The position numbers were made by a program, and so were the translations under genes. A model generated the notes under the pieces. The model made no database searches and had not been told where the DNA came from. It saw nothing but the letters and a program-made list of their open reading frames with translations. A DNA stretch of 64,000 bases from Mobula hypostoma (taxonomy: Eukaryota): contig NC_086097.1 of assembly GCF_963921235.1 (NCBI RefSeq), positions 213,096,001-213,160,000 of the forward strand, read 5' to 3'. Shown here piece after piece: positions 1-12,264 of this stretch. Each line of letters begins with the position of its first letter. Positions within the stretch are counted from its first letter, which is position 1.

Positions 1-262
1 ACCTATATTCCGGTTGTGATTTACACTGACCCCCCCACCCCTGGACAGAGTCGCCAAAAATGATTTATAGGGGGAAAAATCGGCACGTACACGAATGTGC
101 ACTGGTGCCCGTGCAAGGCTTTATGGTCATTGTAGTCTTTCTCGGGGTAAACCCAACATATTTGACTGCTACTCCACCCCCCCCCCCCACCGAACGGCCG
201 GTCAGCAAGAATATTGTGAATATTAAACTGGTCCGCAGTGCAAAAATGGTTGGGGACCCCTG
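1..262. mobile_element. End of a non-autonomous hAT/Charlie-like DNA transposon (continues beyond the window)
   Basis: Ends in GGTTGGGGACCCCTG, the reverse complement of CAGGGGTCCCCAACC, a typical hAT-Charlie-type TIR. The sequence then switches abruptly to CR1. Confidence 0.55.
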
Positions 263-1000
263 CTGTGGAACATCACTAGACACCAGCAGCCTACCAGAAA
301 AGACTCTCTTTACTACCACACATTGCCTATTGCCAAACAATCGACTTTCCATCTGTGCTATAACATTTCCTGTCATAACATGGGCTCTTATCTCGTGTAG
401 TAGCCTCATATGTGGCACCTTGTTAAGGCCTTCTGAGAATCCAATAACATTCACTGACTCATCAAGTCTAATAACCTCAAAGATGTAAGGCTAACTGGCC
501 TTTAATTTCCTATCTTTTTTCCACTTTACTCTTAAACACTTGAATCACATTTGCAATTTTCCAGTCCTCCAGAACCATTCCAGAATCTAGTGATTCCCAC
601 CACTGTCTGTAAGGAGTTTATACGTTCTCCCCGTGCCCGCATGTGTTTCCTCCAGATCCTCCGGTTTCCTCACACAGCCCAAAGATGTGCTGGTTGGTCA
701 TTTAATTGGTCATTGTAAATTGTCCCATGATTAGGGTAGGTTTAAATTGAGAATTGCTGGGCCGTGAGGCTCAAAGGGCCAGAAGGGCCTGCTCCTACCT
801 GTTTCTTACAATATAAAGATATAAAAAACAAATTGAATCTTGAAAGATCACTAGTAATGTCTCCACAATTTCTTTGGCTATCTCTTTCTGAACCCTGGGG
901 TGTAGTCCATCCAGTCCAACAGTCCAATGACTGATCTACAGTCAGACCTTTCAACTTCTCAAGCAACATCTCCTAAGTAATAGCTTTTATTGACTAACCA
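263..1000 (-). mobile_element. Degraded CR1 ORF2 fragment interrupted by an HE1/V-SINE-like element (about 598-825, + strand)
   Basis: ORF 65..454 carries a degraded 'F-x-KVPHxRLL..I..HG..G....W...L..R.Q.V' RT segment. The insert has the GTTCTCCCCGTG…CCGGTTTCCTC…CCAAAGA core and a CR1-like tail. Confidence 0.65.
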
Positions 1001-1009
1001 ACTTCATAT

Positions 1010-2330
1010 GACTGGAGTTTCTGGAAGCAATTCGGAAGATGCAGGATAGATACATCCCAAAGATGAAGAAAAGTTCTAAAGGGAAGATGTTGGAACTGTG
1101 GCTGATATGAGGAGACTAAGACGGCATAAAAGCAAAAGAGAGGGCGTATAATGTAGCAAAAATTAGTGGAAGTTACAGGATTGGGAAGCCTTTAAAAACA
1201 AACAGAAAGCAACTAAAAAACACTAAGGATGAAGTAAGATGAAGTACGAAAGTAAGCTAGCCAATAATATAAAAGATACAAGAAGTTTTTTTCAGATATA
1301 CAGAAGAGTAAAGGTGAGAGTGGATCGCTGGAAAATGACACTGGACAGATAGAAATGTGGGACAAAGAAGTAGTGGACAATCTTAAGTATTTTGCATCAG
1401 TCTTTACTGTGGAAGACACAAACAGTATGCCAGAAATTTGAGAGTGTTTGGGAGCAGAAGTGAGTGTAATTGCTATTGCAATGGAGAAGATGTTTTGGAA
1501 GCTGAAAGATCTAAAGGAAAATAAATTGCCTGGACCAGATGAACTATGCCCCAGGGTTCTGAAAGACACAGCTGAGAAGATTGTTGAGACAATAGTAATG
1601 ATCTTTTAAGAATTACTAAATGTGGAATGGTTCCAGAGGACTGGGAAATTGCAAATGTCATTGCAGAATGGATGGAGGAGAAGGAAAAGAAATTATAGGC
1701 CAGTCAATCGGAGCTCAGTGGCTCTGAAGATGTTGGAGTTGATTATTAAGGATGAGTTGTCAGGATGTTTGGAGGCACATGATAATATTGACCATAGTCA
1801 ACATGGTTTCCTCAAGGAAAAAATTTTGCCTGATAGATCTGTTGGAATTCTTTGAAGAAATAATAAGCAGGATAGACAAAGTAGAATAAAGGAAGTCTTT
1901 TCTAGTTGGCTGCCAGTGATTAGTGGTGTTCTAAAGGGGTCTGTGTTGGGACTGATTCTTTGTAGAGTATATATCAATGATTTGGATGATGGAATTGATG
2001 GCTTTGTTGCAAAGTTGATATGAAGGTGGGTGGAGCAGCAGGTAGTTTTGAAGAAGTAGAGAGGCTACAGAAGGACTTAGACAGATTAGGAGAATGGGCA
2101 AAGTGGCAGACAGAATTCGGTTTCAGGAAGCAGATGGTCATGGAGTTTGGTAAAAGAAATGAAAGGTTTGACTATTTTCAAAATGGAGAGAAAATACAAA
2201 AGACAGAGCCACAAATGGTCTTTGGAGTCTTTGTGCAGGTTTCCCTAAAGGTTAAAAGCAAGGATGTAATGTTGAAACTTTATAAAGTACTGGTGAGCTG
2301 CATTTTGAGTATTGTGAGCAGTTTGGACTG
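1010..2330 (+). mobile_element. Degraded CR1 (HER1-like) LINE ORF2 fragment
   Basis: Frameshifted RT motifs NYRPV…, SQHGF.K and ERLQKDLDRLGEWAKW. Confidence 0.85.
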
Positions 2331-2949
2331 CAGTTCAAACTAACCGTAGTTCATATTGGCTTCTTTCAATTCTATGTTTTTTTTTCATGTTCTTGCCTAT
2401 ACTTGTTGCAGATTGGCAGGCTGGGGATTTGAGGCTTGGGGTTTGATATTCATGTTGTTGGTTCTATATGTGGGTGATCTGTTAGCTTTCGTGTGAGAGA
2501 AGGGCTGAGAAGGATTGGAGTTTCTGAATTTTTGTTTCTTTTTCCTTCCGTGTGGTGGGAAGACTAATGTCTTTCTTTCAACTATTTCTACAGTTTTCTC
2601 TAGTTTATGGCTATCTGGAGATGACAAATCTCAGAGTTGTATTCTGTATACCTACTTTGATAATAAAATGAAACTTTGGACCTTTGAAATCAGTCATGTT
2701 GGAATAGCTGGCTGGCCTAATCCTGCCCCTAGGTCTCATGGTCTTTCTTCTATTCATCTTCTTCTTCTTGTTGTTTTTTCATTTGCCTTCAGTCGGTTTT
2801 TAAAAGCATCCAAATTCCCTAGTTCCCCATTTTTTTGATATATTATATAACTTCTCTGTTGCTTTTATGCTGTTTTTGGCTTCCTTTGTCAGCCTTGGTT
2901 GCTTCATCTTCCCTTTAGAATGTTTGTTCTGTACTTGGGATGTATCAAT

Positions 2950-4440
2950 CCTGCTGGAGAGATTGCGGAGGCATTAACAATGATCTTCCAAGAATCAATA
3001 GATTCTGACATTGTACTGGAAGACGTGGAAAATTGCAAATGTTACTCCGTCATTTAAGAAGGGTGGGAGGTGGCAGAAAGGAAACTATAGACCTGTTAGC
3101 CTGACATCAATGGTTGGGAAGTTGTTGGAATCGATTGTTAGGGATGAGATTACGGAGAACCTGGTGACACATGACAAGACAGGCCAAAGTCGGCATGCTT
3201 TCCTGAAAGGAAAATCCTGCCTGGCAAATCTACTGCAATTTTTGAGGAAATTACAAGCAGGGTAGACAAAGGAGATGCAGTGGGCATGGTATACTTGGAT
3301 TTTCAGATGGCCTTTGACAAGGTGCCGCACATGAGGTGGCTTAGCAAGATAAGAGCCCATGGAATTACAGGGAAGTTACTAGCATGGGTGGAGCACTGGC
3401 TGGTCGGCAGAAAACAGAGAGTGGGAATAAAAGAATCCTATTCTGGCTGGCTGCCGATTACCACTAGAGTTCCACGGGGGTCAGTGTTGGGTATGTAAAT
3501 TATTTGGACTACGGTATTAATGGGTTTGTGGCTGAATTTGCCAATGATACAAAGACAGGTAGTGTTGAGGAAACAGAGAGCTTGCAGAGAGACTTAGTTT
3601 AGAGGAATGGGCAAAGAAATGGCAAATGAAATACAATGTTGGAAAGTGTATGGTCATGCACTTGGGTGGAAGAAATAAATGGGCAGACTATTATTTAGAT
3701 GGGGAGAGAATTCAAAATGCAGAGATGCAAAGGGACTTGTGCAAGATACCCTATAGGATAACCTCCAGGTTGAGTCGGTTTTGAAGAAGGCGAATACAAT
3801 GTTGGCATTCATTTCTAGAGGTATAGAATATAAGAGCAGGGATATGATGTTGAGGCTCTATAAGGCACTCGTGAGACCACACTCGGAGTATTGTGTACAG
3901 TTTTGGGCTCCTTATTTTAGAAATGATATACTAACTTTGGAGAGGGTTCAGAGATGATTCACAAGAATGATTCCAGGAATAAAAGGTTTACTGTATGAGG
4001 AACGTCTGGCAGCTCTTGGGCTGTATTCCCTGGAGTTCAGGAGAATGAGGGGGGATCTCATAGAAACATTCCAAATGTTAAAAGGCCTGAACAGATTAGA
4101 TATGGCAAAGTTATTTCCCATGGTAGGGGAGTCCAGGACAAGAGGGCACTACTTCAGGATTGATGGACGTCCATTTAGAACTGAGAGGCAGAGAAATTAC
4201 TTAAGTCAGAGGGTGGTAAATCTGTGGAATTTGTTGCCACGAGCGGCTGTGGAGGCCAAGTCATTGGTTGCATTTAAGACAGAGTTAGATAGGTTCTTAT
4301 TTAGCCAAGGTATCAAAGGGTATGGGGAGAAGGCAGGGGAGTGGGTCTGACTGGAAGAATTGGATCAGCCCACGATTGAATGGCGGAGCAGACTTGATGG
4401 GCTGAATGGCCTACTTCTGCTCCTATATCTTATGGTTACT
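2950..4440 (+). mobile_element. 5'-truncated CR1 (HER1-like) LINE with its 3' end
   Basis: ORFs 3011, 3280 and 3967 give WKIANVTP.FKKG…NYRPVSLTS, YLDFQ.AFDKVPH and LYSLEFRRMRGDLIETF. Ends with the CR1 3' tail (gggctgaatggcctacttctgctcc). Confidence 0.92.
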
Positions 4441-4946
4441 TCCAGAAACCTGAGCCACTATTGCTACATTGTCAACCCTGCTGGTGTTCCTATTCAATTA
4501 ACTTTGGCCCAGGTCCTCTTTCATGCCTCTGTAGTTCCCTTTACTCAACTGTAGTGCCAATACATCTGAAGTTAGCTACACCTTTTCAAACTGCAGTGAA
4601 TTTTATCATATTATGATCACTGTCTCCTAAGAATTACTTTACCTTAAGCTCTCTAATAAAATTTGTTCACTACAGAACATCCAATCCAGAATTGCCTTTT
4701 CCCTAGTGAGCTCAACCACAAGCTGCTCTATGATTTTGTCGGCATTCCGCAAATTTCTTGTCAGCACAAACTGGATTTTCCCAATCTACCTGCATATTGA
4801 AATTCCCCATGACCACCAAAATATTGCCCTTTTTAATTGCCTTTCCATCTCCTGTTGTAATTTGTACCCCACATGTTTATTGCTTTATCATTTATATAGA
4901 GATATATCATGGCAACAGGTCCTTCTGGCCCTATGAGCCTGCACTA

Positions 4947-5291
4947 CCCAATTACACCCATTTGACCAAATACCCATGTGACCAATTACACCCTTGTGAC
5001 CAAATACCCATGTGACCAATTACATCCATTTGACCAAATACCCATGTGACCAATTACACCCTTGTGACCAAATACCCATGTGACCAATTACACCCATGTG
5101 ACCAATTATACCCATGTGACCAAATACCCATGTGACCAATTACACCCATGACCAAATGCCCATGTGACCAATTACACCCTTGTGACCAAATACCCATGTG
5201 ACCAATTACACCCATGTGACCAAATACCCATGTGACCAAATGCCCATGTGACCAATTACACCCTTGTGACCAAATACCCATGTGACCAAAT
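4947..5291. repeat. Compound minisatellite of 16-18 bp units (CCCATGTGACCAAATA / CCCATGTGACCAATTACA) inside an HE1-like SINE (about 4905-5460, minus strand)
   Basis: About 20 tandem units are directly visible, and the flanks match a SINE head and tail. Confidence 0.9.
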
Positions 5292-6029
5292 AACTTCCTA
5301 TGCACTATATCTTAGGAATGTGGGAGGAAACTGGAGCACACTGAGGAAGCACACGTGGTTATGGGCAGAATACACAAAATCCTTACAGACAGCAGAGAGA
5401 ATTGAACCCAGTTTGCAAGTGAAGTAAAGCATTAAGCTAACCGCTATGCTACAGTGCCACTACTGGCTACTCTTTGGAGGCCCGTCAGGGTATTTTTATC
5501 CTTGCAGTTTCTTAACTCTACCCACAAGGATTCTACATCTTTCGATCCATTCTTTTCCAGAACATTGTACTCACACCCCTGTACACAGCCCTAGTTAAGC
5601 AGTTCGCCAGGACACTGCTCCCAGCATGGTTCAGATGGAGCCTGTCTCATCGGAATATCTTCCTCCTTCCCAATATTGATGCCAATGTCCAACAAATTCA
5701 AACCCACCTCTCCCACATCAATCTTTGAGTTGCTTTAACCCTCATGAAAGTCAACACAAAACAATTCTCTTCTGTAAAATAAGATTTCACTATTTTCATT
5801 TTTAAAATGTGCCTACTTTGCCCTCTATTGGAAATATAAAATATTGCAACTATATTTTTCTTCATTCTGGCCCTTCGACACATAGGTTTACTTTCTCAAC
5901 TGAATGAGATGGACAAGGATCTGTTTAGCACACCTGCATCTTTCAATGTAGGGTGACTTAAAGATCATTTGGTACTGATTAATTTCTTCTGATGTTTATG
6001 TTTATAGCTCTACCATTTTCATCATTCAG

Positions 6030-6548
6030 AGTTTGGTATGGGCCCGCAAATCCTAAGAACTTTCTATAGGGGCACAATTGAGAGCATCCTGACTGGCTGC
6101 ATCACCGCCTGGTATGGGAACTGTACCTCCCTTAATCGCAGGGTTCCACGAAGAGTGGTGCGGACAACCCAGCGCATCTGTAGATGTGAACTTCCCACTA
6201 TTCAGGACATTTACAAAGACAGGTGTGTAAAAAGGGCCCGAAGGATCACTGGGGACCCGAGTCAGCCCAACCACAAACTGTTCCAGCTGCTACCGTCCGA
6301 GAAATGGTACTGCAATACAAAAGCCAGGACCGACAGGCTCTGGGACAGCTCCTTCCACCAGGCCGTCAGCCAGCTTAATTCATGCTGATGCAACTGTTTT
6401 TCTATGTTATATTGACTATCCTGTTGTACATAAAATTTATTATAAATTGCACATTGCACATTTAGACGGAGGAGTAACGTAAAGATTTTTACTCCTCGTG
6501 TATGTGAAGGATGTAAGTAATAAAGTCAATTCAACTCAATTCAATTCC
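6030..6548 (+). mobile_element. Rex1/Babar-type non-LTR retrotransposon 3' end
   Basis: ORF 6038 encodes FYRGTIESILTGCITAWYGNC…LFQLLPS. It is followed by AATAAA and a (CAATT)n tail. Confidence 0.85.
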
Positions 6549-6564
6549 ATAGTCATATACTGTA

Positions 6565-7141
6565 CACTCAGTGGCCACTTTATTAGGTATAGGTACCAGA
6601 GGTAAATAACAAAGTGCCCACTGAGTGTACATCATGGCCTTCTGCTGCTGTAGCTCAGCCAGCTCAAGGTTCACCATGTTGTGCTTTCATAAATGCTCTT
6701 CTGCACACCACTTTTATAACGTGTGGTTATCTGAGTTATTGTTGCCTTCCTGTCAGCTTGAAGCAGTCTATGCATTCTCCTCCCATCTCTCTCATTAACA
6801 AGGCATTTTCACCCACAGAACTGCCTCTCTCTAGATTTTTTTTTGTTTTTTTCACCATTCTCTGTAAACTCTAGGGTACTGTTGTGCATGAAGGTCCCAG
6901 GAGATCAGCAGTTTCTGAGATAATTGAACTACCCCGTCTGGCATCTACAATCATTCTGCGATCTAAGATACTTAGATCACATTTCTTCGCCAATCTGACA
7001 TTTGGTCTGAACTGCAACCAAACTTCTTTTATACCATATCTGCATGCTTTTATGCATTGAAATGATGCCATGATTGGCTGATTAGATAATTGCATTAACA
7101 AGCAGATGTATTAGTAGACCTAATAAAGCGGTTACAGAATG
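6565..7141 (-). mobile_element. Non-autonomous Tc1/mariner-like element
   Basis: The left TIR is TA|CACTCAGTGGCCACTTTATTAGGTA. A degenerate right TIR ACCTAATAAAGCGGTTACAGAATG|TA is present. A Tc1 N-terminal remnant (DLS..DRRMIV.ARR.G.SISETA.LLG) lies on the minus strand. Confidence 0.8.
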
Positions 7142-10100
7142 TATTTTTCTTTCATTGGTGAGAATTTGCCGTGTTTAAATTGAATGTAATATTTGCCTAT
7201 CTGCTTCTTAGGCCGTCTCTCTGGGTCAAGAGTAACTTACTTGTGAGAGTGAGTGGATGGATAGTTTACAGATGGTGATGCTCTTCTGCTCTTTTCAGGT
7301 GATTTTGGGTGCTCCGAATGCATTGAAACAAGGTTGTTAATATCATCCTGAGCAGTCAGTGAGGATCTTAAACTTCTTCAAGAAATAGAATGTTTCTTTC
7401 AGGAGTTTGGTGTCAGATATGTGAAAGAGTTAACCTGGTTGAAGCAAGTAACTATGCCAGAGTGTGAGAGATATTGCTCTGGTTGACATGGATAACTTTC
7501 TCTTTCAATGAATCCAGAGGATTTTCTAAAGACTATATTTCAAAATAACCCAGGGACAACCAAAACCACAAGTTATCTCTGTCATTCATTTAGATAATGG
7601 GAGACCTGTACCTCAACCACATTGATCTCTCTCCCTAATTACCTGGTAATTTATTATAAACCTCTTTCCTGAAGGCTCAAAATCCTCCTGCATTCTTAGG
7701 TTTTTGGAAGGGCAATAAAGAGATCACCATTTTTATGCCATCCCCTGAGTGAAAAGTTTCTACCTAGCTTAATTCCAAAAAGTTTTCAGCTAAACTTTAA
7801 TAATAATGCCCCACTATTACAAGGAAAATAGTTTCTGTCCATGAATATTATTAAATACTTCAAGTCTGCATCCTCAAGGAAGTACACGGCTCATTCAGCC
7901 AATCTTCATGATTTTACCCATTTTTTCTGTCATAATAGTGAATTTGCATCATATTCTCCCCAAAGTCAATGTCTTTCCCGAGATATAGAACTAAATACAG
8001 TATGACAACAATTGAAAAATATAAAGGAAGTTATATAATAATATGTTTAATAGTAAAGGTTATTTTCAGATGCCATGGCAATGTGAAACTCTATTTTAAC
8101 TTACTATTTTATAAGAAACTCTTCTTGAATCAATGTGCATGAGCAATGTTTTTTTTTTCTGGTAATGCACAACAGTACCCAATAATTCTTTCTTTAAGAA
8201 TCTAAGTTTTTTTAAAATTTAGCCAGTGGAACTAGAGTAGGACAAATTCACAAAATGTTTTGAGATATCAATGGAAAAAATCGTAGGAAACCTCTCCCCT
8301 GAGTGGAGGTGTATATTTAAGATAAGGGCTAAAAGGTTTAGAGGGTACCTGCAAAGAATTTACTCAACCAGAGAATAGTTGGAATGTAGGATGGGCTGGC
8401 CATGCTAGCAAGTATGTAGATGAGTACTTGACTGAACATGGCATAGGAAGTTCCAGATCAAATGCTCATAACTTGAAACAATATAGATAATTGATAATTG
8501 TAATGGGCCAAGAGGCTTATTTCTGTGCTGCACAATGATTTGACTCCAGCTTACTGGAAGCCAGAAACTTTACTGGAGATTGTAATGTGTTCGATATAAT
8601 GTGACCTTAATGGGTGGAGGAGTTGTCTGAAGAGACTGTTGGGTCTACTTCCTACTTCCGTTTCCCATATTGTGTGTGTAACTCTTGGCTGGGCAATTTG
8701 GGGGGTGGGAGAGTAAATGCTAGAACCAAAGCTAGGGTTACAGCAATACTAAATGGTTGGCGAAGTGAGTATCAGACTTTAGCGAACCAATATTTTTTGC
8801 TACTGTTCAGAAGTTTTGTTTTTTTGCTAGTTTTTTTCTCCCCCCTCTCCATTGTACACAACTCCCATTGGTGTCAGATCTATTGAAGTTGAATTACTTT
8901 CACATTTTCGACACATATACTTTCAAACTTATCAGGAGGACACACCAAAGTATACACTTTAGCACGTTTGGCTGAGTAAACTTAACCACTTTTATCCCAT
9001 CCATAAAACTTATCCACAAGACCAGTGTAAACAATGAAAATATTCATGAAGTTTGCCATTCACTAATTTCCAGATTGTTGCAGACTGTTATGTAACTGTA
9101 GGAGTTTGCTTTAAACTTTTAATTATAAGAATGCTTAATTCTTGCTGTAGCTTGTAAGATGTATCCTTAAATACAGAAAACATGTTGGCAAAACTTCATC
9201 AGACTGTTGCCTCATTTTTGGGTGCTTCTTGCCTGCCAACTACATGCCAACTCACGCTGAGCTAGTACTGATGTATGAAGTATGTGACATGGAATGATAA
9301 CATCATTTTGTCACTGATTGTACATACTGCTCCTTGTACGTTTAGTACTGGGTTGTCAACTTGCTCGGTACAATTGGGTACAATAGTGGAGTGCATGAGA
9401 AGGAGGATGGCCTCATTTAGATGATGAGACTTTCCTCACAACGAACTCAAGTTTACTAATGCATATTAAGATGGTTAACAAAAAATCAGCAGAAGCAGAT
9501 GTTGGTGTCCTTACCATCCAGCAGATGGTTGGTGTGACAGTTACTATGCTTTTCTAGCAGCTGAATATGCATGCGTATTATTCAGAGGACACACTAAATA
9601 GCTCTTCTTTTGCCCTGAAGTCACTAGAGCTGGCATCATTCAACCTCAGTTGATGTACAGCAGGCATGGGTGCAATCTTCCGCTGGGAGGGCATTGGCAA
9701 CATTGGGAACAGCTCAGGAGGTTGGCTCATTGTAATTGACGACTTACAAATGTTTTGGACACTTACCAATATTCATTTGGACTTCAGTCTTTAAAAATAT
9801 TCAAACAACTTTACATTTTGTATTTAAAATACAATACAGAAACACACTAAAAAGGAATTGAAAGCAATAAAACTAACTTCAACACAGTAAGGTCAATTTA
9901 ACTTTCTCCTGGGTGTCAATTCTATGTGGATAGGACTGCTGTATTAAAGTGGCTTAAACTTAACACAAGCTGAGCAGGCAGGCTTTCCAGCCTGAATGCT
10001 GGGAATCCTGTGAAAGTTCATCCTGCCAAATTGGACTCCACAAAGTAGTCAACCTATGCAACACTGGCATTGCTCACTTTCGAACTGAAAATTATGATTT

Positions 10101-10869
10101 CTAGGGAAACTGCAAACAAGCCCCAGAATTACTTTTGGCACTGGACTGGAAGATTTGGCTTTGTATGTCCTTCTTTCCCTGAATGCATCCTCCATGTATC
10201 ATTCAATATGGAAGATTACAAGGTTAGCAGCTGAAATGCTGCCTTTTCTTAATCTGATACAGTGAAAGATTGTAGATTTGAATTCAGTGATGAAGTTGAT
10301 CTTTTCCGGTACCAAATGATATTAGATCATTGGTGAAACTAAACAGTTAAATATAATTTATAATACCAATTATAAATTATTCCAATTAACTGTTATGTCA
10401 GTTATATTACATTATATAATTAAGAGCCTCATTTATTCAAATAAAACCTTCTTCTGGGTTTTATTAATTGAATTCTGTAGGTTTAATTGCTAATACCAGG
10501 TCTACATAATTATAAATGTAACAAAATATTATAAGTTCTATACCTTAGATTATATAAAGTTACAGTCAGTCAGTCAGTACAGCCATATGGTACATTTAAG
10601 TTAATTCTTGTCTATAAAGCATTCAATAATGCTTTATAATTCTGGAATATATAATGTAAACTACTTTTCTTTGAAAATTCCTGAATTAATATGGTTAAGT
10701 TAAAGATTAGTAATACAGTGCTTCAAATTTGAGTATGTGTAAATGATACATTGACAAAATTCAACATTGACTTGCTCTTTAATTTGCACTTTTCTGAAAA
10801 CTCTTCTGTCCTGATACAAGATCAATTAATTATAATGTTTTCAAACTATGGTATATACCCATGACCACT

Positions 10870-11160
10870 ACCATTGAGAAGGACGAGAACAGCAGATACC
10901 TGGGAACACCACCATTTGGAAATCACCCTCCTGGTTGCTCACCATCCTGACTTGGAAACATATCGTCATTCCTTCATTTTGTCGCTGCGTCAAGATCATG
11001 GAATTCCCACCCTATCAGCACTGTGGGTGTACCTACACCTCAGGGACTGCAACGGTTCAAGAAGGCTGCTCATCACCACCTTCTCAAGGGCAACTAGTGA
11101 TGGGCAATAAATGCTGGCTTAGCTGGTGATGCCTACATCTCGTAAATGAATAAATAAAAA
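10870..11160 (+). mobile_element. CR1-type LINE 3' end with an LF-SINE-like tail
   Basis: Ends …CAAGGGCAACTAGTGATGGGCAATAAATGCTGGC…CATCTCGTAAATGAATAAA, which resembles the recalled LF-SINE/CR1 shared tail. Confidence 0.55.
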
Positions 11161-12205
11161 GAATAAGTTTAAGTTTCTTATATCCAAGCTTGCAACTAAA
11201 ATACTTACATTTACATATTACATGTGCATCCTATAGGTAACATATTGCCTAAACAAACCATTTTAATTGCTTTGCCAAAGGAAACAATTTATGTGTGCTA
11301 GTATTGTATAACTTGTTAGAGTGATTGTTAGAATAACACCAGTACATGGATGCAAGCTATTTCTGGAGATGCTAAATTTTTACATACAAGGCCTTCTTAT
11401 TGTCTACTCCAGCCGAGAAGGTGAAGGACTCTTGGCCGTGGATTCTAACTATCATTAATATACTCTCTCATCATCACCTAACTGTAAGCAACCTTGTAAC
11501 TACAAATGGCCCAACTTTTGCTTTCAACCAGAGCACTTTATTGCCTCTATTAATGAATGGTTCGCAAACCCTTAAAAATACATTCTCATTTATGAATCCA
11601 TATAACTGATTGCCCCAATCTCTTGCCTTTGACTAGGAAGGAAGCAAATTAATTCCCAAGTTGTAATTTCTCATTAAAATTTGATACTCATATTTGATAT
11701 TTCAATAGTCTACATCCATCTATTGTCATGCCCCACTCAGCATTAATTTCATAGCAAAGTTAATTCTTGCCTAAATCATGAAAATTGTTTAAACATTCAT
11801 GAAATTAGTCATCATTCTAAGTGATAGAAGATCTTATTTTGCTTAACAGTATTTTCCTTGATATATATCAAAGGTTCTGATTTTTTTGTTAACAAGGTCT
11901 GCTATCCAGTGATATTCCAGAATTAAGTGCATTACTAATAGAAGGAAACTGAAAATCACAGGGTTTGCCTTGTACCATTTTTAATAGCCAGTTGGTGGCG
12001 CCATTACACCATGTAGTTAACTTCAACATATAAATACCTCTTTAAAAGAAACAATTAATCTAAATAAAATCAAAAATGGAATTCTGTGGAGATAGCAATG
12101 CAAAAAAAAGTTCCCTTACTCCTTTCACTGGCTTGAGGTAGTTTTGCACAGCTACACAGATCTATGTTTAGAGAATAAGGGAAAAAAATGAAAATGCACA
12201 CAAAT

Positions 12206-12264
12206 AACACACATCAAAGTTGCTGGTGAACGCAGCAGGCCAAGCAGCATCTATAGGAAGAGGC
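12206..12264 (-). mobile_element. Short Penelope-derived fragment (region downstream of the hammerhead) with a 10-bp TSD
   Basis: Matches the 49461-49524 sequence. GCACACAAAT occurs at 12196-12205 and 12265-12274. Confidence 0.85.

Noticed and set aside
4947..5291. Possible CRISPR-like array, or the repetitive ORF 5054..5305
   Set aside because: The units are contiguous with no unique spacers, the context is vertebrate, and the ORF is only a translation of the minisatellite.
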